This document shows, piece after piece, positions 50,179 through 59,794 of a DNA stretch of 64,000 nucleotides. The stretch lies in the IMG/VR virus record IMGVR_UViG_3300042386_001406, positions 12,525 to 76,524 of that record; one strand, written 5' to 3'. Numbering within the stretch: position 1 is the stretch's first letter; the number at the start of each line of letters is the position of its first letter. A model generated the notes under the pieces. It did no database searches. It had not been told where the DNA came from and saw nothing but the letters and a program-made list of their open reading frames with translations. Source of the stretch: a virus. Both the position numbers and the translations under genes were made by a program.

Positions 50179-51995
50179 TAAAGTTACATTTATTAACTCG
50201 TTGTACTAGATTAAGCAATTTAAGAATCATTAGAGACACTGTATTCCCTAGTCCCTTAGATGTGACATGGCATATAATTTTTGACACTAGTATTGTAAAA
50301 AGTTTTAATAAGGTTTTAATAAATGAATTAAAACAACTTCCAACAAAAATTTATTACATAGAAAGTAATGGTACTGACTATTTGTATCCTCAACTAAGTG
50401 ATATTATAGGTACTATTGATGAAGGATTTGTGAGTATATTAGATGATGATAATATTATACATTCTGATTTTTACAATAAAATTAAAATAGCAATTGAACA
50501 AAATCCAGATAAAAAAGCATTTGTTTATAAACAATATATTGGAGGTAAAGATTTTACAGGCTTAAAAGTTAGAGATATAGGTCCTGAACATATGAAACTC
50601 CAACATATAGATTCAGCTCAATATATAATTGAAGCTAATTTATATAAGACAAGACGATATGAAGAAGGATATGATGCTGATGGTAGATTTATAGAACCAT
50701 TCTATAAAGAACATGCTGATAAATTTTGTTTTGTAGATGAGATATTATGTTATTATAATCATTTAACATTTTCTAGAAAAGCTAATTTACCAAGAATATT
50801 ATATATAGGCCCAGGTTTGCCAGAGCTTAGATCTAAACAGCTTTATAATTATGAGGAAGATAAATTAGATGTTTTTTATACAACAAATGATAACAATATT
50901 GATTCTATTTTAATAAATTATGATCCAAATGCTATTGTCACTATAGGTGAAAAAGATAGTGATTTTCCTAACTTATATAGACAACCAGCTGAAGTAAGAA
51001 AAAAATGGATTCATGCTAAAGATGTTGATTTAGATTTAGGCACTAAAGCATACTATTGCGCTATGATCCAAATGTTAGAAGATAACACATCTGAATTAAT
51101 ATCGTTTTTTACTCCAATTTATAAAACTGGAGAAAAATTATATAGAACATATCAATCATTAGTTGACCAAACTTATAAAAATTGGGAATGGGTTTTAATA
51201 GATGATTCTACAGATGAATTAACAACAAAAATAGCTGAAGAAATAGCGTCAAAAGATCATAGAGTAAAAGTATATAGTTTTAAAGAAAAGAGTAATGGTA
51301 ATATTGGTGATGTAAAATACAGAGCAGCTATGTTATGTAGAGGTTACTTATTAGCCGAATTAGATCATGATGATATATTAACTGAAAAATGTGCTGAGTA
51401 TCTATACATTGCTAGCGAAACATATCCAGATGCTGGTTTCTTTTTTACAGACTGGGCTGAAGTAAGTGAACATATGGATTCATATTGTTATGAAGAAGGA
51501 TTTGGATTAGGATATGGTAGATATAGAGAAGAAAAATATAAAGGGTATATAATAAAAGTATGTGACCAACATAATATCAATCCTAAAACAATACGTCATA
51601 TTGTAGGAATACCTAATCATATTAGAGCATGGAAGCGTGATGTCTATTTATCAATTGGAGGACATAATAGAAATTTAACTGTAGCTGATGATTATGATAT
51701 AGTTATAAGAACATTTCTAAAAACTAAGTTTTGTAAAATACCAAAATTAGGTTATCTTCAATTTATATACTTACACCAGAATAAAACAGATGAAAATAGT
51801 CAAGCAGACTCAAGATCTGATATTCAAAGACGTATTAGAACTATAGCTAATTTTTATAATGATGCTATAAGAAAAAGATTTGAGGAATTAGGTGTTGAAG
51901 ATTGGGCTTATTTAACTAATGGATGTGATATACAAGACATACCTAGTAGATATGGTGATCAAGAAAATTATGTAAATTATATACTTAATATTTAA
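50175..51995 (+). CDS. Tandem two-domain GT2/GT-A glycosyltransferase
   Basis: N-domain ILDDDN..ADG.F; C-domain TPIYK..QTY.NWEWVLIDDS..ELDHDD..ADDYD. Confidence 0.85.
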   Translation: MIKLHLLTRCTRLSNLRIIRDTVFPSPLDVTWHIIFDTSIVKSFNKVLINELKQLPTKIYYIESNGTDYLYPQLSDIIGTIDEGFVSILDDDNIIHSDFYNKIKIAIEQNPDKKAFVYKQYIGGKDFTGLKVRDIGPEHMKLQHIDSAQYIIEANLYKTRRYEEGYDADGRFIEPFYKEHADKFCFVDEILCYYNHLTFSRKANLPRILYIGPGLPELRSKQLYNYEEDKLDVFYTTNDNNIDSILINYDPNAIVTIGEKDSDFPNLYRQPAEVRKKWIHAKDVDLDLGTKAYYCAMIQMLEDNTSELISFFTPIYKTGEKLYRTYQSLVDQTYKNWEWVLIDDSTDELTTKIAEEIASKDHRVKVYSFKEKSNGNIGDVKYRAAMLCRGYLLAELDHDDILTEKCAEYLYIASETYPDAGFFFTDWAEVSEHMDSYCYEEGFGLGYGRYREEKYKGYIIKVCDQHNINPKTIRHIVGIPNHIRAWKRDVYLSIGGHNRNLTVADDYDIVIRTFLKTKFCKIPKLGYLQFIYLHQNKTDENSQADSRSDIQRRIRTIANFYNDAIRKRFEELGVEDWAYLTNGCDIQDIPSRYGDQENYVNYILNI

Positions 51996-51998
51996 AAT

Positions 51999-52586
51999 AT
52001 GTCATTTTTATTTTCAAAAGAATTAAACGATCCTCAAAATTATTATTACTACACAAATGGTTTTAATAGTGAAGAATTAGACAAAGTTTATAAAGATGTA
52101 GCTACATTAGATTTTGAACAAGCAACTACTATAGACTCAAAATCAAATGGTAAAGAAATTAGATCATCATCTGTTAAATGGATACCAAACACATCACAAT
52201 GGAGCTGGTTGTATTTTAAATTAATGGATCTAGCTGTACAAGCTAATAATGCGTTATGGCATTTTGACTTATACTCAGTACAAGATTCAATTCAATATAC
52301 AGAATACTATGCTACAGAAAATGGACATTATACATGGCATCAAGATTTTGGACCAGGTACTCCATCATTAAGAAAAATATCAATCACAGTTCAATTATCA
52401 GGACCTGATGAATATGAAGGTGGTGATTTAGAATATTGGCAAGGCGGAAATAATATTATACAAGCCCCTAAAGATAAAGGTGTTGTATTTATATTTCCAT
52501 CATATATGATGCACCGTGTAACACCAGTAACTAAAGGTATACGTCGATCATTTGTTTTATGGGTAGGAGGAGAACATTATAAATAA
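51999..52586 (+). CDS. 2OG-Fe(II) oxygenase, prolyl hydroxylase-like
   Basis: YTWHQD, RKISITVQLS..YEGGDL, FPS..HRVTPVTKG.R.S.V.W. Confidence 0.88.
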   Translation: MSFLFSKELNDPQNYYYYTNGFNSEELDKVYKDVATLDFEQATTIDSKSNGKEIRSSSVKWIPNTSQWSWLYFKLMDLAVQANNALWHFDLYSVQDSIQYTEYYATENGHYTWHQDFGPGTPSLRKISITVQLSGPDEYEGGDLEYWQGGNNIIQAPKDKGVVFIFPSYMMHRVTPVTKGIRRSFVLWVGGEHYK

Positions 52587-52640
52587 ATTTGGTTGTTCTT
52601 TAGACTTCATATATATTTATATCAAATAAAATAAATTATT

Positions 52641-52892
52641 ATGGTAACATTTTTAATTCTAGCTGCTGTTATTTCTGTTGTTGTTGGACTTTGGCTTCTT
52701 AATCAAAAACAAAATGAAGAGTTAAAAGAAATTAATAGTAATATTCATCCATTTGTTGATGATCTAGCTCCTGAAGCTACACCAGCTCCAGTAGCTGAAA
52801 GTATTGCTAAGAAAAAAGCCGCTAAGAAAAAACCAACTGTAGTTAAAAAAACACCAGCTAAAAAAGTAGCTAAGAAAACTACTAAAAAATAA
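52641..52892 (+). CDS. Membrane-anchored protein with Lys/Ala-rich tail
   Basis: N-terminal TM; KKKAAKKKP..PAKKVAKK tail. Confidence 0.6.
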   Translation: MVTFLILAAVISVVVGLWLLNQKQNEELKEINSNIHPFVDDLAPEATPAPVAESIAKKKAAKKKPTVVKKTPAKKVAKKTTKK

Positions 52893-52894
52893 TT

Positions 52895-53125
52895 ATGGGA
52901 GTTATATCTAAAAAATTAACAGAAGAAGAATTAAAATCTATTAGAGATATTAAACAAGAGTACACTAATTTAGCTTTAGCATTAGGTGAATTAGAATTAC
53001 AAAAATTAGGTGCTCATGAAACATATAAACAACTAGTAGAAAAAGAAAATAAAATAGCTGAGCAACTTCGTGGAAAATATGGTGATGGAACAATTGATCT
53101 TTCTACAGGAGAAATAAAAGCATAA
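52895..53125 (+). CDS. Small coiled-coil protein
   Basis: LGELELQK..KYGDGTIDLSTGEI. Confidence 0.6.
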   Translation: MGVISKKLTEEELKSIRDIKQEYTNLALALGELELQKLGAHETYKQLVEKENKIAEQLRGKYGDGTIDLSTGEIKA

Positions 53126-53156
53126 TATGTATTGTTAGGTGTTAGGAGTTAATATA

Positions 53157-53196
53157 GAAGAAAGCCTCGACAGCAATGTCGGGGCTTCTTCGTTTT
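53157..53196 (+). terminator. Rho-independent terminator
   Basis: AAGCCTCGAC-AGCAAT-GTCGGGGCTT followed by CTTCGTTTT. Confidence 0.7.
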
Positions 53197-53242
53197 ATAA
53201 CACACTCTATATATTTATCAGTAGACAAAATCTATTTAAAAC

Positions 53243-55378
53243 ATGGCGCAAGAAACATTAATTTCTCCAGGCGTACTCGCACGCGAGAATGATTTATCAC
53301 AAATAACACAAGGTCCAGTTACAGTTGGTTTAGCTTTAGTTGGTCCAACAGTTATGGGTCCAGTAAATGTACCTACAGTAGTTACTTCTTTTAGTGACTT
53401 TAAAAACAAATTTGGTGGTATGTTTACTAGTGGTGGAGCTAATTATGAGTTCCTAACATCAATATCTGTTAGAAATTATTTCCAACAAGGTGGTACTACA
53501 GCCTTAATTACTAGGGTAACTAACACTAATTATAGCCCAGCTACATCTAGTGCTATTCCAAATAATATTCCTGGTGCTACAGCTGCTAACGCAGGTGCTT
53601 CTATTGATTTAACAACATCACCTATTTTTAACCTAGTAGCTGCTCGTGTTGATTTAGGATCTACTAGTGTAAATCTTATTGGTACAACATTTGATAATTA
53701 TCAAGTTGATAGTAACGGAAATAAGAGTGTTTTCTTCAACATGTATAATACTTTTACAGTTGATACTTTCGGATACTCAGCTTCAAAAGCAGTTAATGAA
53801 ACTAGCGGATTAAGCATGTTAACTTCTAGTTATAACACTGGTACTAATGTGTTAATTATTAGTGCTTCTTCAGCTGGTGCTGCAGCTAACAGTTGGACAA
53901 TGTATGCTGGTCAATATTATTTCTATGAAAATTCATTCTTCCCACTTAGTGGTTCATTTACAGGTGGTGTTGATGGTAGTGGCCAACCAACATTTGTATT
54001 AGAAACTTTATCTACTGGTATTTTAATGAACAACTCAGGTTCTATTTTATCTGATAATTCATTAATAAGTGGTTCAACAGATAATTTAAGATGGGAAATT
54101 CAAAATGCTAATACTTCAAGTGGTACATTTACATTATTAGTTCGTCAAGGTAATGACAATCAAAACAGTAAAATTGTTTTAGAAACATATTCTAATGTTT
54201 CATTGGATCCAAATCAACCTAACTATTTAGAGGCTGTTGTTGGTAACCAATCAAAAACTGCTGTTAAAGATGCTGATGGTCAATATTATATTCAAGTATC
54301 TGGTGACTATCCAAATAATAGCCGCTATGTACGTGTAAAACAAGTTAACTACACAACTCCAAACTACTTTGATAATGCTGGAAATGCCAAAAACGAATAC
54401 ACACAATCAATACCAGTAAATGGTAGTGGTTCTCAAGGTGGTGCTTTTGGTGGTGCCTCTGGTAATGACTTAAATAATATTGGTAACACATTATTTACTA
54501 ACATTGGTTCAACAACTCAAGGTTTAGTTCAAGGTAACTATGCTACAGCTTCTGCTTTATTAAGCAATAAAGATGAATTTGATTTCAATTTAGTAGCTAC
54601 TCCAGGTTTGATCCAATCATTACACTCTTCAGCAGTAGGTAATTTTATCAGTTTAGCTGAAGAAAGAGGTGATTGTTTCTACATCACTGACTTGTCACCA
54701 TATGGTGTTACACTTAAAACTGTAACTAACCAAGCAGCTGGTTTAGATACTAACTATGCTGGTGTTTACTGGCCTTGGGTTCAAGTAATATCTCAAGAAA
54801 CTGGTAAGCGTGTATGGGTTCCAGCTTCAACAATCATGCCAGGTGTATATGCATTTAATGATAATGTGAGTGCTGAATGGTTTGCTCCAGCTGGTTTAAC
54901 AAGAGGTGGATTAGGTAATGTATTACAAGCTGAAAGAAAATTATCTCCAACAGATCGTGATAATCTATATGCTGGTAAAGTTAATCCAATTGCTACTTTC
55001 CCTAATATTGGTGTAGCTGCATTTGGTCAGAAAACATTACAGAAAAAAGCTAGTGCTTTAGATCGTATCAACGTTCGTCGTCTATTAATTGCTCTTAAGC
55101 GTTACATTGGTAATGTATCTGAAAACTTAGTATTCGAACAAAATACAGCTGTAACTCGTAATGCGTTCTTAGCTCAAGTTACTCCATACTTAGAAAGTGT
55201 ACAACAACGTCAAGGTTTATACGCGTTTAAAGTAGTAATGGATGAATCAAATAACACTCCAGATGTAATTGATCGTAACCAATTAGTAGGTCAGATCTAT
55301 TTACAACCAACTAAGACTGCTGAATTTATCTTATTAGATTTCAACATCTTACCAACTGGTGTAGAATTCGGTTCATAA
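53243..55378 (+). CDS. Tail sheath protein (gp18-like)
   Basis: SPGV..RE.D, YWPWV, WFAPAG..RG, GQKTLQ..SALDRINVRRL, QPTKTAEFI. Confidence 0.95.
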   Translation: MAQETLISPGVLARENDLSQITQGPVTVGLALVGPTVMGPVNVPTVVTSFSDFKNKFGGMFTSGGANYEFLTSISVRNYFQQGGTTALITRVTNTNYSPATSSAIPNNIPGATAANAGASIDLTTSPIFNLVAARVDLGSTSVNLIGTTFDNYQVDSNGNKSVFFNMYNTFTVDTFGYSASKAVNETSGLSMLTSSYNTGTNVLIISASSAGAAANSWTMYAGQYYFYENSFFPLSGSFTGGVDGSGQPTFVLETLSTGILMNNSGSILSDNSLISGSTDNLRWEIQNANTSSGTFTLLVRQGNDNQNSKIVLETYSNVSLDPNQPNYLEAVVGNQSKTAVKDADGQYYIQVSGDYPNNSRYVRVKQVNYTTPNYFDNAGNAKNEYTQSIPVNGSGSQGGAFGGASGNDLNNIGNTLFTNIGSTTQGLVQGNYATASALLSNKDEFDFNLVATPGLIQSLHSSAVGNFISLAEERGDCFYITDLSPYGVTLKTVTNQAAGLDTNYAGVYWPWVQVISQETGKRVWVPASTIMPGVYAFNDNVSAEWFAPAGLTRGGLGNVLQAERKLSPTDRDNLYAGKVNPIATFPNIGVAAFGQKTLQKKASALDRINVRRLLIALKRYIGNVSENLVFEQNTAVTRNAFLAQVTPYLESVQQRQGLYAFKVVMDESNNTPDVIDRNQLVGQIYLQPTKTAEFILLDFNILPTGVEFGS

Positions 55379-55418
55379 AAAAACAAAATTATTAATATTT
55401 ATATAAAATAACAATACA

Positions 55419-55904
55419 ATGGCAGTATTAGATCCAAATGAAATAATGTTCACCGCGTTTGAACCTAAAGTTCAGAATCGCTTTTTGATGTACATTGGTG
55501 GTATTCCATCATACTTAATCAGAAAGGCTTCTACACCATCATTTAACGCAGGTGAAATTGTATTAGATCATATCAACGTTTACCGTAAAGTTAAAGGTAA
55601 AGTTCGTTGGAACGATATGAGTTTAGAATTATATGATCCTGTAAACCCAAGCGGTGCTCAAGCTGTAATGGAATGGGCTCGTTTAGCACACGAATCAGTA
55701 ACTGGACGTGATGGATATTCAGATTTCTATAAAAAAGATTTACGTTTAGATATCTTAGGACCAGTTGGTGATGTAGTAGGTGAGTGGATTATCAAAGGTG
55801 CTTATGTTAAAGAAGCTAACTTTGGTGAGTATGATTGGGCTAATGAAGCTTACATCAGCATCACTACCACAATCGCTATGGATTACTGTATCTTGAACTA
55901 CTAA
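55419..55904 (+). CDS. Tail tube protein (gp19-like)
   Basis: FEPK..NRF, G..W, EW..KGA; follows the sheath. Confidence 0.9.
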   Translation: MAVLDPNEIMFTAFEPKVQNRFLMYIGGIPSYLIRKASTPSFNAGEIVLDHINVYRKVKGKVRWNDMSLELYDPVNPSGAQAVMEWARLAHESVTGRDGYSDFYKKDLRLDILGPVGDVVGEWIIKGAYVKEANFGEYDWANEAYISITTTIAMDYCILNY

Positions 55905-55923
55905 TTCAGTTCAACACATTTTA

Positions 55924-55952
55924 AAGAGCCGTCCTTTTGGACGGCTTTTTTT
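55924..55952 (+). terminator. Rho-independent terminator
   Basis: AGCCGTCC-TTTT-GGACGGCT plus T run. Confidence 0.85.
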
Positions 55953-55991
55953 ATCTTTGTATATTTATATATATAAAACAATAAATACGTT

Positions 55992-56750
55992 ATGGAAGAA
56001 AAATTAAAGTTTCCAACTGAACAAGTAGAATTACCATCAAAAGGTTTACCTTACTCACCTGACTCTCCATTATCTAAAGGTGTACTTGAAATGAAGTACA
56101 TGACTGCTAAAGAAGAAGACATTTTAACCAATGTTAACTTTATTAAACAAGGTATTGTAATTGATAAGTTATTGCAATCATTGATTGTTACTCCTATTAG
56201 TTATAATGATTTATTAATTGGTGATAAGAATGCCTTATTAATTGCTGCTCGTATTTTAGGATATGGTAAAGATTATGAGTTTGAATATGATGATCCAGAA
56301 ACAGGAATTAAACAAACTGTAACTGTGGATTTATCATTACTTGATCCTAAACCAATACATTCAGTTTTAAAACAAGGTAAAAATGAGTTTGAATTAACTT
56401 TACCAAGTAAAACTATTGTTACTTTTAAGTTATTAACTCATGGTGATGAAAAAAGAATTGATAAAGAAGTTGAAGGATTAAAACGTGTTAATCCAAATGG
56501 TTCTTATGATATCACAACACGTTTAAAACATATGATTACTTCAATTAATGGAAGTAGAGAACAAGAAGATATTAGAAAATTTGCTGACTCTATGTTAGTA
56601 GGTGATTCAAGAGCTTTAAGAAAAAAATATAAAGAAATTGAACCAGATCTTCCATTAAAGTTTAATTATACTACACCAGGTGGTGACGTTGTGGAGGGCG
56701 TCAATTTACCAATTGGAATTAACTTTCTTTGGCCTGATACCAGCTTATAA
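55992..56750 (+). CDS. Baseplate hub/tail assembly chaperone (gp26-like)
   Basis: LPSKG..Y, MTAKEEDIL, GD.NALLIAARILGYG; lies between tube and tape measure. Confidence 0.7.
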   Translation: MEEKLKFPTEQVELPSKGLPYSPDSPLSKGVLEMKYMTAKEEDILTNVNFIKQGIVIDKLLQSLIVTPISYNDLLIGDKNALLIAARILGYGKDYEFEYDDPETGIKQTVTVDLSLLDPKPIHSVLKQGKNEFELTLPSKTIVTFKLLTHGDEKRIDKEVEGLKRVNPNGSYDITTRLKHMITSINGSREQEDIRKFADSMLVGDSRALRKKYKEIEPDLPLKFNYTTPGGDVVEGVNLPIGINFLWPDTSL

Positions 56751-57006
56751 GCCTATATTCATGACTGAAGTCCATGATTTAATTTATCATGGAAATGGTG
56801 GATTTATTTATAGTGAGGTGTATAATATGCCTATACAAATGCGTAAATTTCATATTCGTAAAATCAATGATTACATTGAAAAACAAAACGAAGAATATGA
56901 AAGAACACAAAGTAAAAGCACAACACTTAGTAATAATAAACAAGTAGCCAGACCTAATATACCTCAGGCTGATTTCACAACATCAGCAAAAACGCCCAAG
57001 AAATAG
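56725..57006 (+). CDS. Second chaperone ORF, possibly reached by +1 frameshift (alternative ATG at 56761)
   Basis: Overlaps the upstream ORF end; YNMP..RKF.I motif. Confidence 0.55.
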   Translation, partial: FFGLIPAYKPIFMTEVHDLIYHGNGGFIYSEVYNMPIQMRKFHIRKINDYIEKQNEEYERTQSKSTTLSNNKQVARPNIPQADFTTSAKTPKK

Positions 57007-57014
57007 GGCGTTTT
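56988..57014 (+). terminator. Probable terminator
   Basis: AAAACGCCC-AAGAAATA-GGGCGTTTT. Confidence 0.6.
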
Positions 57015-57048
57015 AATATTTATACACGGTAAAACTTAATATTTTTAA

Positions 57049-59451
57049 ATGGCAGCACCAACTCCAGAAGAGTTAAGAAGGCAACAAGAATTTGAAGCCA
57101 GCATTAGACGAGTACAAGAGTACTATAAGGCTATGGGCTTCTCTGTTAATACTATTAGAAAAAATACTGAGACGCTTAGAGAAGATCAAGTAGCTTTAAC
57201 TGAGGCTGCTCGTGTAGCTGATGACTATTTTGATAGGATGGCTTTTTCAACTCGTGATTTAGCCAAAACTTTCGCCAATGTTTTAGGTGATGTAAAAGGA
57301 TTAAATGTAAACGCTAATAAAGGAGTTGTAGCATTTAAACAGTTAAATACTATAGCAGATGACTTAGCTCGTCATCAAGAAGGTATTAATAAATTAAGTG
57401 CTAAGGATTTAGAAAACTTACAGAAAAAATTTAAGAAAAATAAAGATATCTTATTTAACTCTGTTGATATTATTAAAGCTAAAGGAGCTGAAACTGAGTT
57501 AGAAAGAAATTTAATAAGAGAATATGATGAAGCTGTAGCTAAAGGATACGATAGACTCCAAATTGAAGAAATATTAGGTAAAAAAATAAGTGATTCTTTA
57601 GAGAAAGAAAAAAATATCACTAAGGAACTTAATATTAGAGGAGCAGTATTACAAGGAGCAGCTGGGTTAATGGATAAACTTGGGTTAGGTGCTTTTACCC
57701 AAGTTATGAATCTTGAAGCCGCTAATGAAGAATTAAAAGAAGAATATGAGCGTACAGGTGATTTAAACGCAGCATTTAAAAAAGCAACTAGTACATTATT
57801 TGATGGACTAAAAAGAGCATTAAATGATCCAGCTACAAGTTTAGCTGTGTATAGTTCAATAGCTAAAAAAGCATTTAGTTCATTAGGTAATGATCTAAAA
57901 AATTTATATAGTGGTTTCTTAGAAGTAAATAAACAAGTAGCTGGTTTAGGAAGATCATTAGGTACTAGTACAGAACAAGCTAAAGTATTAATTGGTGAAG
58001 CTAAGAGTGTAGGCCGCGAAATGGGTGATGTAACATTCACTGGAGCGGATTATGCTAAATCAATGGCTGCAACTGCTGAATCTTTAGGATTACAAGTTCA
58101 GTTAAGTGGAGAAACTTATCATGAGTTAACCAAGATGACTGAACAAATGGGATTACAAGTAGATGAATCTACTCAAATATATAAGTTAGGAGTTTTAAAT
58201 AATCAAGAATTAAGTGATACAAATAAAACTATAGCTGCTGGTATTGTTCAAGCACAAAGACAATTTGGAATACAAGTTAATGCTAAACAAGTATTTGCTG
58301 AAATAGGAAAACTAAGTAAAGCCACATTAGCTAATTTTAAACAAAATCCAGAAGCGTTAGCTAAAGCAGTAGTACAAGCAAAATCATTAGGTTCTAGTTT
58401 AGATAAAATGGATGCTTCAGCTCAATCACTTTTAAACTTTGAATCATCAATTCAAAATGAACTTGAGGCTGAATTATTAACTGGTAAAGCTATTAACTTA
58501 GAAAAAGCCAGAGAAGCAGCTTTAAATAATGATCAAGTTGGATACATGAATGCTATAGCTGAACAAACAGGTAATATTCATGAGTTCAATAAAATGAATA
58601 GATTACAACAAGAAGCTGTAGCTAAGGCTCTTGGTTTCTCAAGAGAAGAATTAGCTGGTATGTTAACTGAACAAGAAACTTTTAATAAGTTAGGTGATGT
58701 AACAGGTAAAACAGCTGAAGAACAACTTAGAATAGCTCGTGAAAGAGGATTAAGTGAACAAGATTCTTTAGTTGTAAGTTTACAACAACAAGCTTCAGCT
58801 GAAAAATTAGAAAAAACATTCCAGAGTTTAAAAGAAACTATTGCTGGTTTAGTTGAAGGTCCACTAGGACAAATGGTTGGTAGTATAGCTGAAATGTTAA
58901 ACTCAACTGGTGGTATAGCTACAGTTATTACTGTTATGGCAACTAGTGGTATAGCTAAACTTATAATTGGATTTGGATCATTAATTAAAGCAGCTAGAGC
59001 CTTAAAGGCGTTAGAAATAGGATCAGCTATAGCATCAGGTTGGAGAGCAGCTATGAGTAGCCCAACTTCATTATTAACTGGAGGTTTAGCTGGTTTAGCT
59101 TTAGGAGGTGTATTAACAGCAGCTATTATGTCTTCTGTAGGTAGTGCCAAAGCAGACGATATGTTTTCGGGTTATGGTGACAGAACATTAATAACACCTA
59201 AAGGATCATATGCTTTAAACAATAATGATACTGTAATTGCCGGTACAAATCTATTTAGAGGAAATGATGTAATATCGGGTCCTGTAGATTCAATTAATTT
59301 AACTGGTGGTGTAGAATCTAAATTAGAAGCAATGACAAGAAGTATAGCAGATTTAGCATCAAGACCAGTAACAGTTAACGCAGGTACTGATGCTATTTTA
59401 CGACTCCAAACAGTCCAATCACAATACGGTGCGCCTAATTCATTTGCTTAA
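57049..59451 (+). CDS. Tape measure-like protein
   Basis: Long Ala/Leu helical protein with hydrophobic Gly-rich C-region; synteny. Confidence 0.75.
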   Translation: MAAPTPEELRRQQEFEASIRRVQEYYKAMGFSVNTIRKNTETLREDQVALTEAARVADDYFDRMAFSTRDLAKTFANVLGDVKGLNVNANKGVVAFKQLNTIADDLARHQEGINKLSAKDLENLQKKFKKNKDILFNSVDIIKAKGAETELERNLIREYDEAVAKGYDRLQIEEILGKKISDSLEKEKNITKELNIRGAVLQGAAGLMDKLGLGAFTQVMNLEAANEELKEEYERTGDLNAAFKKATSTLFDGLKRALNDPATSLAVYSSIAKKAFSSLGNDLKNLYSGFLEVNKQVAGLGRSLGTSTEQAKVLIGEAKSVGREMGDVTFTGADYAKSMAATAESLGLQVQLSGETYHELTKMTEQMGLQVDESTQIYKLGVLNNQELSDTNKTIAAGIVQAQRQFGIQVNAKQVFAEIGKLSKATLANFKQNPEALAKAVVQAKSLGSSLDKMDASAQSLLNFESSIQNELEAELLTGKAINLEKAREAALNNDQVGYMNAIAEQTGNIHEFNKMNRLQQEAVAKALGFSREELAGMLTEQETFNKLGDVTGKTAEEQLRIARERGLSEQDSLVVSLQQQASAEKLEKTFQSLKETIAGLVEGPLGQMVGSIAEMLNSTGGIATVITVMATSGIAKLIIGFGSLIKAARALKALEIGSAIASGWRAAMSSPTSLLTGGLAGLALGGVLTAAIMSSVGSAKADDMFSGYGDRTLITPKGSYALNNNDTVIAGTNLFRGNDVISGPVDSINLTGGVESKLEAMTRSIADLASRPVTVNAGTDAILRLQTVQSQYGAPNSFA

Positions 59452-59483
59452 CATATTTATATCAAACATTAAAACGTAACAAG

Positions 59484-59780
59484 ATGTCAATAAGAAACCA
59501 ATTAAATGGATCTACACCTCAGGGTTTAAGTTTACAAGGACAACCTGGTCCTAACTTTGAGAATGAAGGACAACGTACAACTTCAAATATTCAAGCTTTA
59601 GTTAATTCTAATGCTTTACAAGCCTCCCAAGACTTGTTAACTGGAAGAGTACAAGGTTCATTCTTAGTCCCTCAATCAAATCCTCCAGTGTCTGTACCTG
59701 ATAACTTTGCTGGTAGACCTTACTATCCATCTTTAGGTGGAGTTTATAGAGATAGAGGTCCTCGTGATGGTAGATACTAA
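59484..59780 (+). CDS. Small hypothetical tail-region protein
   Basis: Own ATATTTAT; clean ORF. Confidence 0.55.
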   Translation: MSIRNQLNGSTPQGLSLQGQPGPNFENEGQRTTSNIQALVNSNALQASQDLLTGRVQGSFLVPQSNPPVSVPDNFAGRPYYPSLGGVYRDRGPRDGRY

Positions 59781-59794
59781 AATAAAATTAGTGA

